DNA of 56,949 nt, taken from contig WELA01001462.1 in assembly GCA_009602735.1 (NCBI GenBank), positions 706,773 to 763,721 of the forward strand, given 5' to 3'. The notes under the pieces are model-generated. The model had not been told where the DNA came from, did no database searches, and was given only the letters and a program-made list of their open reading frames with translations. A program made the position numbers and the translations under genes. Shown piece after piece: positions 13,086 to 26,433 of the stretch (the stretch's first letter is position 1; the number at the start of each line of letters is the position of its first letter). This stretch comes from Mesotaenium endlicherianum (taxonomy: Eukaryota).

Positions 13086-14158
13086 TTCACAACATTTTCT
13101 CAATTGCCATACTCAAACCCAAAGCTATTTAGCATCGCCCACAGGACTGTCAGGCAGCCGCACAGTGCTGGTATGAAACTAGTCTGACCATTCAAACACC
13201 ATTGCAGTGCGAGAACATAGACTGTCAGAAGTTCACCCCAAGGTCATCGCGAATAGCGTTTGCAGGACCAAGTTCTATGAGCATATGGTACCTGAGGTCC
13301 CAACTTGCTACACGTAGGTGATATGAGTATGCCAACATTTCCTCAGGCATCGGATTGCACCATATGGTGTTCTAAAAAACACAAGAAATACTATGCCGAT
13401 CGGTACAAGAACGAAGTAATCCAACGCGAGAGACGACAACATACTTCCTAAATTCCCGGCCCGGACTAGTGCCACAAAACCATCATACTATTCATAAAGA
13501 GGCAATCATCATCATGAGCTTACCTTTACGGCAAGTATAGCTAGCTCTTGCCAATATTCTTAGTTAAAAGAGGTTTGTAAACGAGTCTGAGTGGTCCCGG
13601 TCTACTCTAGCTCGGGGGATTTCTGGCGGGCCCGCTCCCCTGCGCTCCCCAGATGACCGCAGCGCTTGAAGCAGCTTGAAGAGTAATCGTTTGGTCATAA
13701 GGCGCTGGGCTCATAAATGGTGCCAAGTTGGTGCCTTGGTCAAGAATGAAGCCGACTCGCATGTAGTAAACCTCCTTACACTTTTAGTCGATGAAAAGTG
13801 TCACGGACTGTCGACGTTGGTACTTCCAACGTCAACTCACGAGTGAGTTGTCGTTCGGCCCCAACGACGATGCCCAAGGTTACCACCACCTGCACACAGT
13901 CCACTAGTAGTAGTGTATTATGGTCGCACAGGTAGAAAATTGCTCCCCTTGTACTGCACAGCGAGGATTGCTTGTAGTTGATACCGTAAAGACAAAAGGA
14001 TATGCGTGATACTATTGTAAGAATTATTGTGAGCCCCCACGCCTTGTTGCTCTCACGCCTGGAAACAATTTGTACCCTCGGAAGTGTGCAAAAAGTGCCC
14101 GACAATGTGAACTTTGTCTGGAATAGCTTTTCAATTCTGAGTCGAAAAGCAATGAGTA

Positions 14159-17009
14159 ATGGCTTTTGGTGTCATTGGAGGTCTGTATACCGGGTTCCAT
14201 GCGCTTGCTTTCAGTAAAGAGATAATTTTACCTTCCCGTATCAGGCACGTCGATACTGGTATATATAGGAGGGGAAGAAGGTCATTTGCGACCAGCTGCA
14301 GAAATCATATCTCAAGCCATCCTTTATCTAGCAGTACAACATTCGGCATTCTTCCTTGTTATCAAGATCGTCTGAGGAAAAAGTGGAGAGGAAGGCATTA
14401 TGGTCAGCAGAGACTTGCTCAGTGTTCCTCGTGTCTGCGGGCAAGTGTTGAATGCTTGTCAAATGTAGATGAAGAATTGTCTTCCAATGCAGGTGACATA
14501 GAACAGACTGGTTCGTCTCTTGAAAGTGGTCAGGACGCGTCTAAGCAGGATAGCATTTGCAATGCACGAGGCATGCCTAGTGAGAGAGAGAATAGTTGCT
14601 CAGGCGGTGACGACTCAAGCTCCTGCGATCAAACAACATCAGCAGCATGGGAGAAGAGTACAAAGGTCAAGAGAAGGAAAGGCCAGAATGATGAAGTCGG
14701 CAAGGAGGGTTTGATTGTGGATGGTATGCACATTGGGAGATCGACCATTTTGGAGAGACTGTTCTGGCAGTTTGGCAAGTGGCTATACAGGACTTGGTTT
14801 GCACAGGTGGTGTATTTAGACCCTTTTGAGTCAGCTTTCACTCAGTCCACGTTGATAGCGCTACTCGCTAAGGCATTGAAAAGAACTGATAGAGCAGCTC
14901 GAAGCTTTGGTAAAAATGTCAATGTTTCAGCTGATAGAACAACATACAAAATACTGCATTTCGCTCGGTTGTCCGGTGTACTACTGGGTGCTTACATGCA
15001 GTAATATGTGGGCGGGCACATGGCTCAGTTTCAGAAGTGGATTGGTCCTGAGCCAGCAGGCCACTCCATGTGCATTGAGAAGGCGAGCTTCCTCGTTGCG
15101 TTGGATGAGCACTTGCTTCATGATTAGGTTAGTGTGTAATAGAGCACGATGTAGTATCTGACCTGAAGAGGGCTGGTCAACATACTCAGGAAATCACAGG
15201 GATGGAGAATCTCCCTCTCCGAAGCGGCGCTTTCCTCTTGGCATCAAACCACTCAGTAAGTCTCTTCGCACACCAGAAGACAAAATATGGGCACTTAATT
15301 GTCACAAAGATAGTTGCCACACATCAGTGACTTATTTTTACCGGTGCTTCTTCCACTGGCAATATGAAGGAAAGCTCCTCAATGTAAGTTTGGTTATAAC
15401 TTGATAGTATCAAGTGTGATGTGGCTATAACGTGAGGCAAATCTTCATCTGAATGGCAGAGCCACCTGGACTGTGGAGCAATTTATGTAGCCGCATGGGC
15501 GGGAGGGGTGAAGAAAGTGTTTGCACTAGGAGCCAGAGACTATTTTTTTTGCCATCCCTTCAAGGTGAGTATGCCTCGCGTAACCTAGACAATCATTGAG
15601 GAAATCAATTTCAGGTGCAAGACGTGGACGCCTAGCCCGGATATCAACCTTCCTCAAAAGAAACATCTATTAAATTAGTTGTCCTGGGGTAGTCTGGAGG
15701 AGGGGTTCATGGAAATACTTCGACGCAGAAAGCTGTTGATTGTGGTTGCAGGCGTGGTTTGTGACACAGCTGATGCGTGTCATCCCATTCAACCGCCGAG
15801 GCTTCTCTCAGCGTGAGGTTTGACTCAGTTCTCGCAAATCTTTTAGTGATAGTCATAGTCTAGGCCTCGCGGCATGCCTCAGGGGTGATGAGGTATGCTG
15901 AGAACTGTACTCATCCTGGTATTTCTGCATATACTCTTCCTGCATCCAATTTTTGAGATGGTTCATGAAGTTTCCAATGTTGCAGGTTCAGATGCTAGAG
16001 CTCATAAAGGATAATAGCAGCCCTTCAACTCCGGCAGCAATCTTACTCTTTCCCGAAGGCACGAGGTCCAAAGATGGCTCCTTGCAGCACTTCAAAGCAG
16101 GGGTTGGGTTTCTGGCGCAAAAGCTTGACATGCCTGTGGTACCAGTCTGTGTCAAGGTGTGCTCTCATCTCTCTTTCCTCTCCTTGTTGGTTAGTTTGAA
16201 GTGAGTATTCACACGGTGGATATGTTACTTGATTCTAAGAGGTCACAATACCTTTATTTCCTAAAGTTTGTATGTTGCAGAATCCTTATGATTTGGCTAG
16301 TGAGCATGTTGTGAGCAATGTCACAGGTGGCTCGTGGCTGGCTTCATTTTTGTGCAGTTAGGGGCCATTCACAATCTGCTGTGCTCCGCACACGTTATAT
16401 ATGTCAAGCTAATAAGAGCCGAACATTGGGCCCTTGGTGGTGCAGGGAACGATACACTGTTTGCCAAAGGGACGCACCATACCTCAACGTCATAGGATAA
16501 AGGTTTCATTTGGGCCGGCCTTGCATATATCAGAATATGTTCGGGATGCAGCAGTGGGCAACGAGGTCTCCTCGGTAGCCAAGGCAGCAGAGCTTGAGCC
16601 TTCTGTATATCGTGCAACACAGAAAAAATTCACTGAAGACCTGAAGGGTAGCATTGCAGATATGCTAGGAAGTCACGGCAAACGGCCGATGAGGCGGGTA
16701 GCGGAGGACCATCACCGGGCTATTACTGACAGGTTGGGCGGTGGGAAACCTTGGAGGTTATTGGGATGGCTTGGATACTGGGTACCTTTGGCAGGTGTGA
16801 TTGTGACAGCCCTCTTCATGGCTGGTCTGCAGTCGTGGAACGCTGGTGTAGGGAGGAGAGGCTATGCAATGTCAGCGTCAGTTTTCAGCACCATGGGGGG
16901 TGCTTCAGGCCTCCAAAGACTTCTAAGTAGTGCGGTCATGGTCGTCTTGTGTCGGGCTCTTGTGCAGTGGGCCTGGCCTATTCTTGTCATGGCTCCATCA
17001 GAGGAGTAG
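14159..17009 (+). CDS. 1-acyl-sn-glycerol-3-phosphate acyltransferase (PlsC/LPAAT family), 6 exons: 14159-14806, 15190-15255, 15460-15564, 15752-15817, 15986-16156, 16446-17009 (539 aa)
   Basis: All introns GT-AG, phase 0. Motifs ASNHSSHLD, ARDYFF, IPFNRR, FPEGTRSKDG...FKAG, PVVPV. Long N-terminal extension and hydrophobic C-terminus. Confidence 0.9.
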
Positions 17010-18046
17010 GGCAAAGGGAAGTTGCTAGATGGGTCGCTGTTTTCTTGTTGCTCATTTACGACTCGATGTTTATGTCTCTTGAGGGTCAGACCAAAACACC
17101 ATTTGTAGTGCAGCACAGTCGGTATTGCTTGCTTACTGTGCTGTTCACTTTGTCTTAGGAATTTATGATGACCTAAAGCTGGTTGTGAAGGTGATTATTT
17201 TTACCATATTCTGCTCCTGTTCTTGCTCGTGGCCATTACTAGGTGTGCCTTCCAATTTTGTCTATGGACCGTGAACAGGACTGATTTCTCCTCTGCACAT
17301 TGAAAATTGAAGGTTTGACAATTTGTGTTCAAATTGCCTGATTTCGAAAGAAAGAAGGTGATATTAGAAAGTATAGGAGTAGTAGTAAGCAACTAATTGC
17401 GCGTCATCTGTTCTTGTCTAGTCCTTTCCTACATGCTGCTACGCTTATCTGTACTTGACTAATCGATAACAATACAAAGAGGTCAAAAACAACTATATTC
17501 CAACTCCTAACCAACACTAAGGATTGGCAGCTGCATTCTTGCTCTGTTGAAGTTGTTTGTCGAATCGCCGCCGTTGGTTACTACTAATCGACAAAACATA
17601 TTGTAACACTAACAAACAACAAACACCCAATCGTGCATGGCGAAGACTATTGCTGGCACCAACTTCGTTGCCCGCCTCGTGCCTCTCCCAATGGATTGGA
17701 GGGTTAGAGGGTGGGGTGGTGGGTATGTGTAGCAACTACCTTCTTGCTGCAATGAGGCTTCTTTGCAACAAGAAGCCTTACGAGGGTTTCGTTTGTCGAT
17801 GAGACACAACACGTGTGAAATTGATCAAATTTGAACACTTGTGAAATGTCGCAAACCTTCAATTTGACAATTTGTGTCCAAATTGCCTGATTTCGAAAGA
17901 AAGAAGGTGATATTAGAAAGAATAGTAGGAGTACTAGTATGCAATATTAATAGCGTACAAGGTACTTCTAGGCTAGTCTAGTGGTTAGCGTAGAAGTTGG
18001 GTCTCATCCAAGTAGCGGCCCCTACGGGTCGTACTACATGGTATTG

Positions 18047-19111
18047 CTACTTGCGTCTAAAAGCGGCTAGAATTTGCTCTTGGTCATAGGGAGCATCGCT
18101 AGCATCGTCAGGGATGGCTATGGTGCGGGCAGCGGATGCCAGTGACTGCTGCAGGTGAAGCACGTATGGCTCTTTTCCTCGAGCAGATTTCCATCTGCCC
18201 ATAGTTTGGGCTACGGTATCTGGGACGCCCAAGTTGGCAGCTGCTGTGGCAGCTCCCATTCGCAAGGAGTGCGTACCCATGTTCTGTGTAAGGCCTACCG
18301 ATGCAAATAGTTCCTTGCACCACTTATTCACAGTGACGTGTGAGGCGGGCTGAAGAGAAGGTCTGCCAGATGCCTGTATGTGCCGAATTAGAGGTCCATC
18401 GAGAGCATACTCTGGTATCTCCGCCACTAACCTACACAACATTTTTACCGGGCACCACTTGGAGTTGCTTGCGTGAAGGGCACCCCATCGCCCTCACCAA
18501 TTTGGTCCGTCTTAGAGGACGGGAGGTGCAAGTAAATGGCTGTGATGTTTGGACCACCCGTGATGTCGAGATCCTGAATTCTGGTTTTGGCCAGATCTGA
18601 GTATCGCAGACAAGCACTATACATGAGCATCATCGCGGCCACCTTCATGAGCGATGCGGCGGTGGCACCTGGCCCTGCGTGCTTTTCAAAAATCGCAGTG
18701 AGGGTGCAGGGTGCGACCGGCATCATGGTGTGCTTGGGTCTGGGCAGCAACCTTTGCGCTGCTTTTCTANCCTGGGCAGCAACCTTTGCGCTGCTATTCT
18801 AAGGGTACTGATTTTGTCGTGCAATGTGGGGCTAGGTAGCTCCGCTAGTCGATGCACGCAAAAGATTGCAGCCGATGACAAATGATATGTAGACCAGGTG
18901 ACACGCTCCTGGATGAGGTACAAGCAGTAGAGCCTGATCACCTCGACTGACGCCGGAAGATCCTGCAACTTATGCATATCGCACCACCGTTGAAAACGCA
19001 TCCAGTAAGTGTTGTAAGTACGCAGACTGGTAGGCGCGATAGTGTGGAGCAACACGTCCACGCTCGTGGCTTCCAAGGCTTGTAAGGCCGGATTTTTGAA
19101 AAGTCGATATT
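18047..19111 (-). pseudogene. Tyrosine recombinase of copy A (frameshifted)
   Basis: N-terminal SLRTYNTYWMRFQRWC; catalytic motifs LRYSD, SSKTDQ, HSLRMG, GRWKS, EPYV. One-base frameshift near 18488 and an N-associated duplication near 18770. Confidence 0.9.
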
Positions 19112-19123
19112 CTGCTCAACACC

Positions 19124-21333
19124 TCATACACCCAGGCGTAAGGCTAGCACCATGCACAGAGGGATGCCCTTGCCCCCAAACGCAGCCTTGTCTGTGCCAG
19201 GCAACAAAATCGAGGAGCTATAGCCTAGCGGAATGCTCGCCTGCACACAATCTATCCACTCCGCATCGCTATCTAGCAACCGCGGCCACCAGCTGGCTGA
19301 CTGCCACTGGAGTATCACTAGCGTGCAGTTGGCCTTGCATCGCAGCACGTGGTCGACTACTGGAGCGACCATCTGAGGTGGTGGAAAACAATAGTTGTTT
19401 TCACCTGCCCAGTGCTCGGTGAGGGCATTTATGGCCTCAGCGCCCACCTCTAGCCACCTAGAGTTGAACCTCGACAAGCGCGTGTTGCTTGCTGTGGCAA
19501 ATCTATCGATCGAATGCGGCCCCCACTCTGCTTCTAGGCTTTGAAAGGCCTCCGGTCGCAGGAAAAAATCGTCCAAGTCTTTTCGCCTAGAGAGCTCGTC
19601 TGCCACTGCATTCAATTCCCTAGGAATCCACTCTACGAACAAGTTGAGCTGGTGTCTAAGACTAATACCAAATACTTGAGCACAAGCATCTGCTAAATCT
19701 GCCTTAGACGAGCCGCCTTTTCTCAAAACATAATACATTGCTTGGCTGTCGACGCGCAAGAGCACTTGTCGCCCGCCTATCACTTGGATGGCCTTATCCA
19801 ACGCTGCCTTAGCGACAAGTATCTCCCTTGATGTTGACGGTCCCCCGATGCTAGCAGTGGGGAGTGGGCCCAGCAATTCCCACGTCTGCCCTGAGGCCAC
19901 CGATCTCAGTACTACGCCCCATGTGGTCACGCTAGCGTCGGTGTGCATGACAAAATCAGGGGCCATGGTGGCCCGAATGGGAGTACTGCGCCCCATGTGG
20001 TCACGCTAGCGTCGGTGTGCATGACAAAATCAGGGGCCATGGTGGCCCGAATGGGAGCACCATTCAACTTATCAAAGTGCTCCTCCCAAAACGCAAGCTC
20101 GTGGAGCAGCCCTTCCGTCGTGGGGACCATGTCATCCCGAGTAAACCCCTGGTTGATAACAGTGTACATATGGCGTGTGTACATGCCCGCGGTGCCCCCA
20201 AAAGCCACCTTCATGGAAATTAGCTGGCCTGCTAAAGATGCTATCGTTCTAATGTGCACGCTACGGGTCCTGTGGGCCATAGCTCGAACGTGGAGGAGTG
20301 TTAGCAGGAGCTTTTCCTTGCGCGTCTTGCCAATGTGCACCCAAAGTTTACGAGTGTCTATCACAACGCCCAAGAACTGTGTGATTTTTTAACACGTAAG
20401 TATTGCCTTCTGCATATTCACCACGAATCCTGCTAGTGCAAGTTCGCCGAACACCAGCCGCATTGTTCGCGCGTGGGCGTCCTCACTGGGACAGCTCACC
20501 AGAAAATTGTCTAGATATGCTATGACTCGTATCCCCATCTGCCTCCACCTTCCCACCAGCTCTTTCACCACTCGTGTGAATACGTAAGGTGCGATCGCAA
20601 GTCCGAATGGGAGACATGTGAAAGTGTAAATTTTCTTATCCAGCTCGAACCCCAAGAACGTATGTGCATCTTCGTGCATCTTGACGTGATGATAGCCAGA
20701 CCTGAGGTCAATGGTAAACACGAAGTCGTCTACGTGCACGACATTGACTAACTTATCCAACCCCTCGTACTTAAATTTTACTTTTTTCAACGCTTTGTTC
20801 ACGTGGCGCAGGTCATGAATTAATCGTAACTTCTTGCCCTCGACCACGTTCAAGGGGCATATGCAGTGTGGGAGACCTGGGAGAGTCCACTCTCTGGCAG
20901 CTCCGGAGGCTACTAGCTCCCCCACTGATTCACGGGCAAATTGTATGTGTTTCTCCACACCTTTATGGTTGCGCTGGTGATGCGGAGGTGCAGTATGCGT
21001 GTCCCACACCAACTTGTAGCCACTCTCAACGGTAGAGAGGACTAACGAAGACGTACACCAACGTTTCCACCAGGCAACATTTGCTCCCAAATTTCCTGCA
21101 ACCACGGTTGCTTGCGGTGGTACCTTCGATGCGGCGCCGTCCGACTGCACGGCTTCTTCCTTCCGCCCCAAGTACACTTGGAGTTCGTGTTCGAAATCCT
21201 TCTCGTCGCTCACGAAATTACCTATGACCCCACACACGATATAGCATACCCGCGGTTGGTCTTGGCCACGATGCCTCGAACGTGTCAACGATTGATTGGC
21301 ATCCTCCATTACCCTGCTCCGCAATTGCAGCAT
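19124..21333 (-). pseudogene. RT-RNaseH-methyltransferase ORF of copy A (stop at 20389, 74-bp tandem duplication about 19908-20055)
   Basis: IDLRSGYHH, LPFGLAIAP, YLDN, HTDAS, WIPRELNAVADELSR, IDRFA...YCFPP. Confidence 0.9.
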
Positions 21334-22180
21334 CGGGGTACGCTATGCATGCACCGGCAACCGACTTGTGTGGCACATGTGTGCACCCTTTTGACATCGC
21401 ATTGCAGCCCCTCTATACGCGGCGATCCAAAATTCCATAGGAGTGATCCCAACCGTGCTCCCACTGCCAATGCCTATATGGCTGGCAGGAGCCTTCATGC
21501 ATACTTGCGCCAGTGCGCGTGCATTCAATTTGTGCTTTGAAAACCTTTTGCCCACACTCCTCTGGCCTATAGCAGCCTTGCAATACAATGCGCCAGTGCG
21601 CGAGGGGCGACACGCCAACAAACCAAAAAACCAGCCGCGAGAACCAAAGCTCAATGAGAGTGGTCTCCATTCGTGCGCAATCTGCCAGCGCCTAGGAGGC
21701 CTGAAGGGGCTTTCTTCCACCCACGCACATCCATACGTGCGGCGTACGTCCCTCGATAAGAGGGACATGCATCATCCGCCTACTATTTTGCCCAACAAGC
21801 AAACTGACGTAACGGCAACTATAACAACCAACAAAACGGCCACAAAATATTTACAACAAACACCATCATGTATGCAACGACCACAAGCAAGGACCGAGTC
21901 AACAACCAATCAAACATAACCAATAACAACAATAATTACAACCAAATATTTGTGGAGTCCTCGGCCTGGTATTCCACCCGCGTCCAACAATGTTATGCTC
22001 CTTAACGTGAGCATGTGCACCCAAATGTCCAGGGGGCCTAGGTGGCCAACCAAGGCAGCAACAATTTGCCAATAAATATTAATAAAAAATAATCATACCA
22101 AAAATTTAAATTGTCCATGGAGGCCAAAGGCCTGGTTAACAATGTCCAACTACTCACACTCCAAATAACAAAAAATGCTA

Positions 22181-23116
22181 TTAACGCTGGGGCTGGCCAT
22201 AAGGCCCCTGGGGCGGCCCATAAGGCCCCTGGAAGTTTGCTACCTGAGCAGGTGCTAGCAAAGGCTGCCTCTGTTGGGGGCCTGGGCCATTAGGTGGCCC
22301 CGAAGGGCAAAAACGAGATGTGTGGCCTACCATGTGGCAGTGCCAGCAACTCAAGTCATTTCTAAACATCCTAGGAGCGCGGGGGTTAGCCTTAAACGCA
22401 TACGGGCTGGCCCGTGGTTTGCGGTTACTAAAATCAAACTCCCTCTCCTCCTCTTTGTCCTTACTACTCTTAGCCACTTGCTTTTGGACCCGATTTTCCC
22501 AATCCTCGCTCTCATCCTTAGTTTGCATGGACTTGCCAGCCTCATTAATCACAGGCCAGCTATGCAAGTCCGCGGAAATGATTTGCTTTTGTCGAAAAGT
22601 TATCAAAGACAAACCTTCAGTGAGCGCGCTTTGGGCCGCTTCAATGTCTTCCTTGTCCAGCGCATCTTGAGCGTTGTGGCACAGCTCCGCGAGGTCGTTC
22701 ATGACCTTCATTTGGGCGCGGTTGCCCTCAGACAACTTGCCCACACCTGCAACCTCACTTTTCCTCTTGAGCCGCTTGAGCTGCTGCAGGATGTCCGCCC
22801 CTGCTCCCTCGCCATCGTGAGCTCGCGAGACCGTGCTTTGCGCTAGTTTGCTCACTGCCTGCTGTAACTTGGCCATTTCGAGATGAGCAGCGTGCTGCGC
22901 AGCTTTGAGCTCAGCCGCTTCCGCCTTGCTGAGCTCGGCCTGCTCGCTTTTGTACTCTTTAAGGAACTCTGCATGTAATTTGGCGATTTCGTCAGCAGTA
23001 AGCTGGCTCGCTACTCTCGCCCTACCGATGTCGTTAATCTGCTCGCCATTGACCTGCTCGCCATCATTGCGGAAGTCGCTCGGGCCTCCCTGGCTTCCCT
23101 CACCTCCCACCGTCAT
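22181..23116 (-). CDS. gag-like ORF of copy A (intact)
   Basis: Open coiled-coil-rich ORF with CWHCHMVGHTSRFC (CX2CX4HX4C) knuckle and a P/G/Q-rich tail. Confidence 0.85.
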   Translation of the reverse strand: MTVGGEGSQGGPSDFRNDGEQVNGEQINDIGRARVASQLTADEIAKLHAEFLKEYKSEQAELSKAEAAELKAAQHAAHLEMAKLQQAVSKLAQSTVSRAHDGEGAGADILQQLKRLKRKSEVAGVGKLSEGNRAQMKVMNDLAELCHNAQDALDKEDIEAAQSALTEGLSLITFRQKQIISADLHSWPVINEAGKSMQTKDESEDWENRVQKQVAKSSKDKEEEREFDFSNRKPRASPYAFKANPRAPRMFRNDLSCWHCHMVGHTSRFCPSGPPNGPGPQQRQPLLAPAQVANFQGPYGPPQGPYGQPQR

Positions 23117-23791
23117 CGCTCGTAAGTGAGCAAACACTCCGCGTCTCGAGTGTTCGCGGATCTATGGTACTCTATCAAGCGATTTTGTATGCCTGACATA
23201 AGATTGTTTGAGTAAGTCTCGGCATTTAATGTCTACGCGGGTATGTGTAGCAACTACCTTCCTACTGCAATGAGGCTTCTTTGCAACGAGAAGCCTTATG
23301 AGGGTTTCGTTTGTCGATGAGACACAACACGTGTGAAATTGATCAAATTTGAACACTTGTCAAACTTTGGTTTGCGACATGAAATGTCGCAAAAGTGTTC
23401 AAATTTGATCGATTTCACACGTGCCGTGCTTTCATCGACAAACAAACCCTCGTAAAGGCTTCTCTTTGCAAAGAAGCCTTCATTGCAGCAGGAAGTAGCT
23501 GCTACACTTACCCTCCCACCCACCCCTCTAACCCTCCCTCCACGGGGAGGTGCACGTGGCAGGCACCAAAGCTTGTGCCAGCGTTAGTTCCAGCCATGCA
23601 CAACAGTGTTGTTCCTGTTTTGTTTCATTGCAGCAAGAAGTAGCTGCTACACTTAGGCGCGTAAAAACAAGCGATAAATTAGCATGCATCGATAGATAAG
23701 ACGACATATGTCAGGCATTCAAGAACGGTGATAAGCGCATCACAGGGCAGTAGCGAATAAGGATGCTAGTGTGTTCGCAAGCTTGCGAGCA

Positions 23792-24725
23792 ATGACCGAG
23801 AGGGGAGAGGGTAGCCGGGGAGGCGATAGCAACTTGCCATCGGGTGGCGAGCAGCCCCATGGCGAGGAGCAATTAAATCAAATTGGAACGGCTCGCGTAG
23901 CAAGCCAACCAACAGAGATCGAACTAGCAAAATATATGCAAAAATCCTAAGAGAGTATGAGAGCGAGCAGGCCGAGCTCACCAAGGCTGACGCGGTCAAT
24001 CTCAGAGGAGCTCAGCGAGCTACTGCACTATAAATGGCAAAATTGCAAGAGGCTGTTACTAAGTTAGCGCAAACTAAGGTAGCCCGGGCTCGCGAGGGCG
24101 AGGAAGCAGGTTCTGATATCCTACAGCAGCTCAAGCGATTGAAGAGAAAAAGCGACATTGCAGGTGTGGGCAATGTCCAAGGGCAACCGCGCTCAGATGA
24201 AGGTGATGAACAACCTCGCGGTGTTATGCACAACGCCCAAGACGCGTTGGACAAGGAAGACATTCGAGTGGCCCAAAGCGCGCCCATGGAAGGTTTGTGC
24301 TTGATGACTTTTCGGCAAAAGCAAATCATTTCCGCGGACTTGCATAGCTGGCCTGTGATTAACGAGGTGGTCAAGTCTATGCAAACTAAGGATGAGAGTA
24401 AGGATTGGGAGAATAGGATCCAAAAGCAAGTGGCGAAGAGGACGAAGGACAAAGAGGAGGAGAGGGAGGTTGTTTTTGGTAGTCACAAATCTCGGGCCAT
24501 CCGGTATGCGTTTAAGGCTAACCCCCGCGCTCCTAGGATGTTTAGAAATGATGTGAGTTGCTGGACCTGCCATATGGCCGGTCATACATCTCGGTTTTCC
24601 CCTACGTGGGCACCTAATGGCCCAGGCCTGAGAGGCAGCAGCCCTTGCTAGCACCTGCCCAAGTAGCAAATTTTCAGGAGCCTTATGGGCCACCTCAGGG
24701 GCCCTATGGCCAGCCCCAGCGCTAA
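23792..24725 (+). pseudogene. Decayed gag of copy C
   Basis: Homologous to copy A/B gag (MAKLQEAVTKLAQ...CWTCHMAGHTSRF), with stops and frameshifts. Confidence 0.85.
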
Positions 24726-26185
24726 GTAGCAGGTTGTTTGAGCTATTTTAGTTGGACATTGTTAACTAGGCCTTGGCCTACATGGACATTTCTAAATTTG
24801 TTGTTATTATCTTGTTGCTAAATTGTTGCTGAATTTTGTTGGCCACCTAGGCCCCGTGGACAGTTGGTTGCCCATGCTCACGTTGATTGAGCATAAATAT
24901 GTGGATGTAGGTTGTTTTATTAGGCCTAAGCATCCACAATAACATTTATTATGTATCTATTGGTTTTTTTTTTGGTCTGGTTGCTTGTTGTTGACTTGGT
25001 CCTTGTTGTTGTTTTGCATACATGAAGGCTTCATACCTATTATTTGTTGTTGGCTTATGTTTTGGTACCATTACGCTAGTTTGCTTTGGTGGCATGTTAG
25101 TATGAGGAGGATGCGTGTCCCTCACATCAAGAGATGTACGCCGCATATACAGATGTGCATTGGGTGAAAAAAAGTCCCTGCAGGCCACCTACGCACTGGC
25201 AGGTTGGGCCCGAATGGGGGCCGCTCCCATTGAGCATTGGCTTCAATGCTGGTCTATTTGGTGTGTTGCCCCTCAAGCATTGGCGCGTTGTATGAACGAT
25301 TGCTATGGGAAAGATGAGGGCTGGCAGGGGGATGACCCAAGGTCAAACTCACGCGCACTAGCATGAGTATGCATGTAAGGTTTCTGCAGACCACCTAGAC
25401 ACTGGCAGTGGGAGCACGGGTGGGGTCGCTCCTATGGGGTTGGGTTGTCGCGCACTGATGTGCTGCAATGAGATGTCGCAAGGGTGCATGCATGTGCCAT
25501 CATACAAGCTTGTTGCCAGTGCACGCAAAGCTCATATGCTGTGACTGCGGAGCATGAGATTGGAGGGTGGTCAATCTTGACAAGTGAGGTACAGTGTGGC
25601 CAAAACCAACATCGATTATGCTATCTCGTGTAATAGGTCATAGGTAAGTTCGTAAGTGACGAGAAGGATTTTGAACACGAACTCCAGGTGTTCTATGGGC
25701 AGAAGGAAGAGGCCGTGCAATCTGATGGCACCGCCTCGAAGGTACCACCGCAAGCAACCATGGTTGGAGGAAATTTGGGGGCGAACGTTGCTTGGTGAAA
25801 ACGTCGGTGTACGTCTTCGTTAGTCCTATCTACTATTCAGAGCGGCTACAAGTTGGTATGGGACACGCATGCTGCGCCTAAGTATCAACAACGCAATCAC
25901 AAAGGTGTGGAGAAATATATACAATTTGCCCGCGAGACAACAGAGGAGTTGGTAGCCTCTAAGGCTGCCAGAGAGTGGACCCTGCCGGATTTGCCGCACT
26001 GCATATGCTTTTGAACGTTGTCGAGGGAAAAAGACTAAGATTGATCCAAGACCTGTGCCACGTGAACAAAGCTTTGCGTAAAGTAAGTCAAGTATGAGGG
26101 GCTAGATAAGCTAGTTGATGCTGTGCAAATAGATGATTTTGTGTCTACCATTGACCTTAAATCACGAAGATGCTCATACGTTCTT

Positions 26186-26433
26186 CGCCTAGTTTTAATA
26201 TACTCCCATGCAGCCTCTTTTGGCCGAATCGTACGTATTGCAATACTTCGTATCTTGATACTCCGTATTGGCGTATAACCAGATTTTTTGATTTATTTCC
26301 AATTTATAGTCGGTTTATTCCACCGACACTCACGTATTTCAGCTTATTCCAACGTACAGGTTTGACTCTCACGTACTGTACGTACGGCAAATCGGCGAAT
26401 CCGTATGCGCCGTATCCGAATTTCAAAACTAGG
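26186..26433. mobile_element. MITE-like non-autonomous DNA transposon
   Basis: Interrupts the copy C RT. GTTCTT is duplicated on both sides (26180-26185, 26434-26439). TIR CCTAGTTTT/AAAACTAGG; interior rich in CGTA/CCGTAT motifs. Confidence 0.75.

Larger units (their letters stand above)
17314..23393 (-). mobile_element. PAT-like DIRS (tyrosine-recombinase) retrotransposon 'copy A' with split direct repeats A1-gag-pol-YR-B1-A2-B2
   Basis: gag with zinc knuckle, RT/RNaseH/methyltransferase, YR. A1 about 23240-23393, B1 17863-17943, A2 about 17724-17862, B2 17314-17391. Confidence 0.9.

Noticed and set aside
18740..18800. Short duplications around single Ns (18770, 38577, 43714)
   Set aside because: Typical contig-overlap artefacts; not treated as biology.
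19908..20055. 74-bp tandem duplication in the copy A RNase H
   Set aside because: Absent from copy B; an ordinary lesion or assembly error.
23300..23345. Hammerhead-like string (TCGATGA-GACAC..GTGT-GAAA) in the A repeat
   Set aside because: Core reads UCGAUGA rather than CUGANGA, the stem II register is poor, and no convincing stems I and III were found.
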